NCBI GenBank assembly: GCA_050084515.1
Contig: CM114271.1
Location: 6,138,001 to 6,202,000 of the forward strand
Origin: Blasia pusilla
Lineage: Eukaryota
Reading direction: 5' to 3'
Length of the DNA stretch: 64,000 nucleotides
Shown here: piece by piece, positions 62,901 to 64,000 of the stretch
How the letters are laid out: the number at the start of each line of letters is the position of its first letter
Numbering within the stretch: the first letter of the stretch is position 1
Notes under the pieces: model-generated
Seen by the model: only the letters and a program-made list of their open reading frames with translations
What the model was told of the DNA's origin: nothing
The model's database searches: none
Program-made: the position numbers and the translations under genes

Positions 62901-64000
62901 CTAAACATCACCAGAACACATCAGCGATATACATGTGACAATCACTAAGCAAGACTTCAATGACGAGCAAAGAAGCGGAGAGCAATTGGAAGCAAATTCT
63001 AGTCTTCTCCTTGGAAAAACCTTGAGATGGACTGCACAGTTAGCATAAATACCCAACGTCTACGTAGACTACAGCCCACAACATCGGATAAGGTTGGAAG
63101 CATAAGAGTATTATGTGAATCTGCACTCACCTCCATCATCTGGACACCATCTGAACCTGACTGAGAGACAAGATCATAGATTTGCTGATCAATAGGAAGC
63201 TCCATTACCATTTCTGTAACCTTCTCATGTTTAAGACAATTCAAAGAATGCTCATTCTCAATCTCCTCATTTGTACTGCTGAGTGCCTTCATATCAAAGG
63301 ATTTCAGCAACCGAATACAAGTTTGAACCTGCAAGACCATGTATTTGCTTCAAATTTTTTTAATTCGAAAACAATTCCATCCCTGAAACTTTGATGACTG
63401 TGCCAGCTCTTCCACTTTCAAATACTTCTTTCTCCATAATTCACATGCAACAAGTGAAACGACCATGATCGCGGTTTTCATTTATCGCGGTTCCATATCA
63501 CCAAGCAGTGTTTTGACCTCCAGACTACCGGTAATATCAGCAGATCAGACTTTCACATGGTGGACAGTGTCTTTCAAGAGTGGGCCTGGCACAATTCTTC
63601 CAATTGAGCTCTCTAACCCCAAAATTTACCACCTACCATGCTGGCCTCAAAAAATCATTATGAGTAATTCCTACTGCATTTACAGAGCCCTCTCATCCAG
63701 TCACCAATTGCCTATCCAGTGAGAGGAGATGACCTTGCGTTCGACCTGCGCACTGAACACTTCCACGACTCCAGCATCTTCCAGTCTCTTTACTAACTGC
63801 ACAGAGCACAGATGAATTCAATATACAGTTAAAAAACTTACACCCCTGAAATTCCTTTTTCTTGGCTTTGTAAGAACTCTTAAAACTTTCAGTGGATACT
63901 CCTCGGAGAATTGTAAAGCCAACTCAACCTGTTAACACAAGTGGACACTCTCCTCCTGGTAGATCCTTTGCAACTAGCACTTCACTTAAATCCAGGCACT
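53956..64000 (-). CDS. GTF3C1: RNA polymerase III transcription factor TFIIIC B-block-binding (largest) subunit; 3' portion with at least 12 exons, 5' end outside the window
   Basis: Exonic ORFs include MELPIDQQIYDLV, LHKWLE...MDRKTLSRIL, NGFIPAKMVRVSMLHYFLWGY, YWQTLEYFY...AFPGSNVPE, RRFLWSEKLDR-LLITAYARQRAMLG, VKAFDHVRII and RRVMGIVTLHPGIPE. The last exon 54138-53956 reads SARELLHSLELDGHLVVR...KHFFVTPLSGGLL*. These segments resemble plant TFIIIC subunit 1 as I recall it. Confidence 0.85.
54190..54401. repeat. Intronic tandem duplication (~109-bp unit x2)
   Basis: catctgaagagaaaat...gaagggtctcagacc occurs twice. Confidence 0.9.

Overview
Eukaryotic land-plant DNA; a bryophyte, possibly a liverwort, is my inference and is not established. 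The window holds three intron-containing host genes: a plant 'MPSGxKKR...GCCG' acidic protein (+), aldose 1-epimerase (-), and the 3' part of the TFIIIC B-block-binding subunit (-). It also holds one U5 snRNA gene and a dense TE landscape. The main result is a Ty3/Gypsy retrotransposon family in three copies: 1-7261 (-, cut by the window edge), 25317-34331 (+, both termini present) and an old decayed relative at ~46700-50945 (+). Its pol region reads gag(2xCCHC)-protease-DNA cytosine-5 methyltransferase (DNMT3-like motifs I, II, IV, V, VI, VIII, IX, X)-RT-RNase H-integrase-PHD finger. The full copy lacks ordinary paired LTRs and instead has split direct repeats (A...B-A-B). The site where a tRNA primer-binding site is expected is an 11-nt perfect complement of the predicted transcript 5' end, which suggests Tf1-like self-priming. 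Also present are three solo LTRs, hAT-type MITEs with 8-bp TSDs, a Helitron 3' end, a Copia remnant, palindromes and microsatellites. All domain calls come from manual translation and motif recognition; no searches were run.
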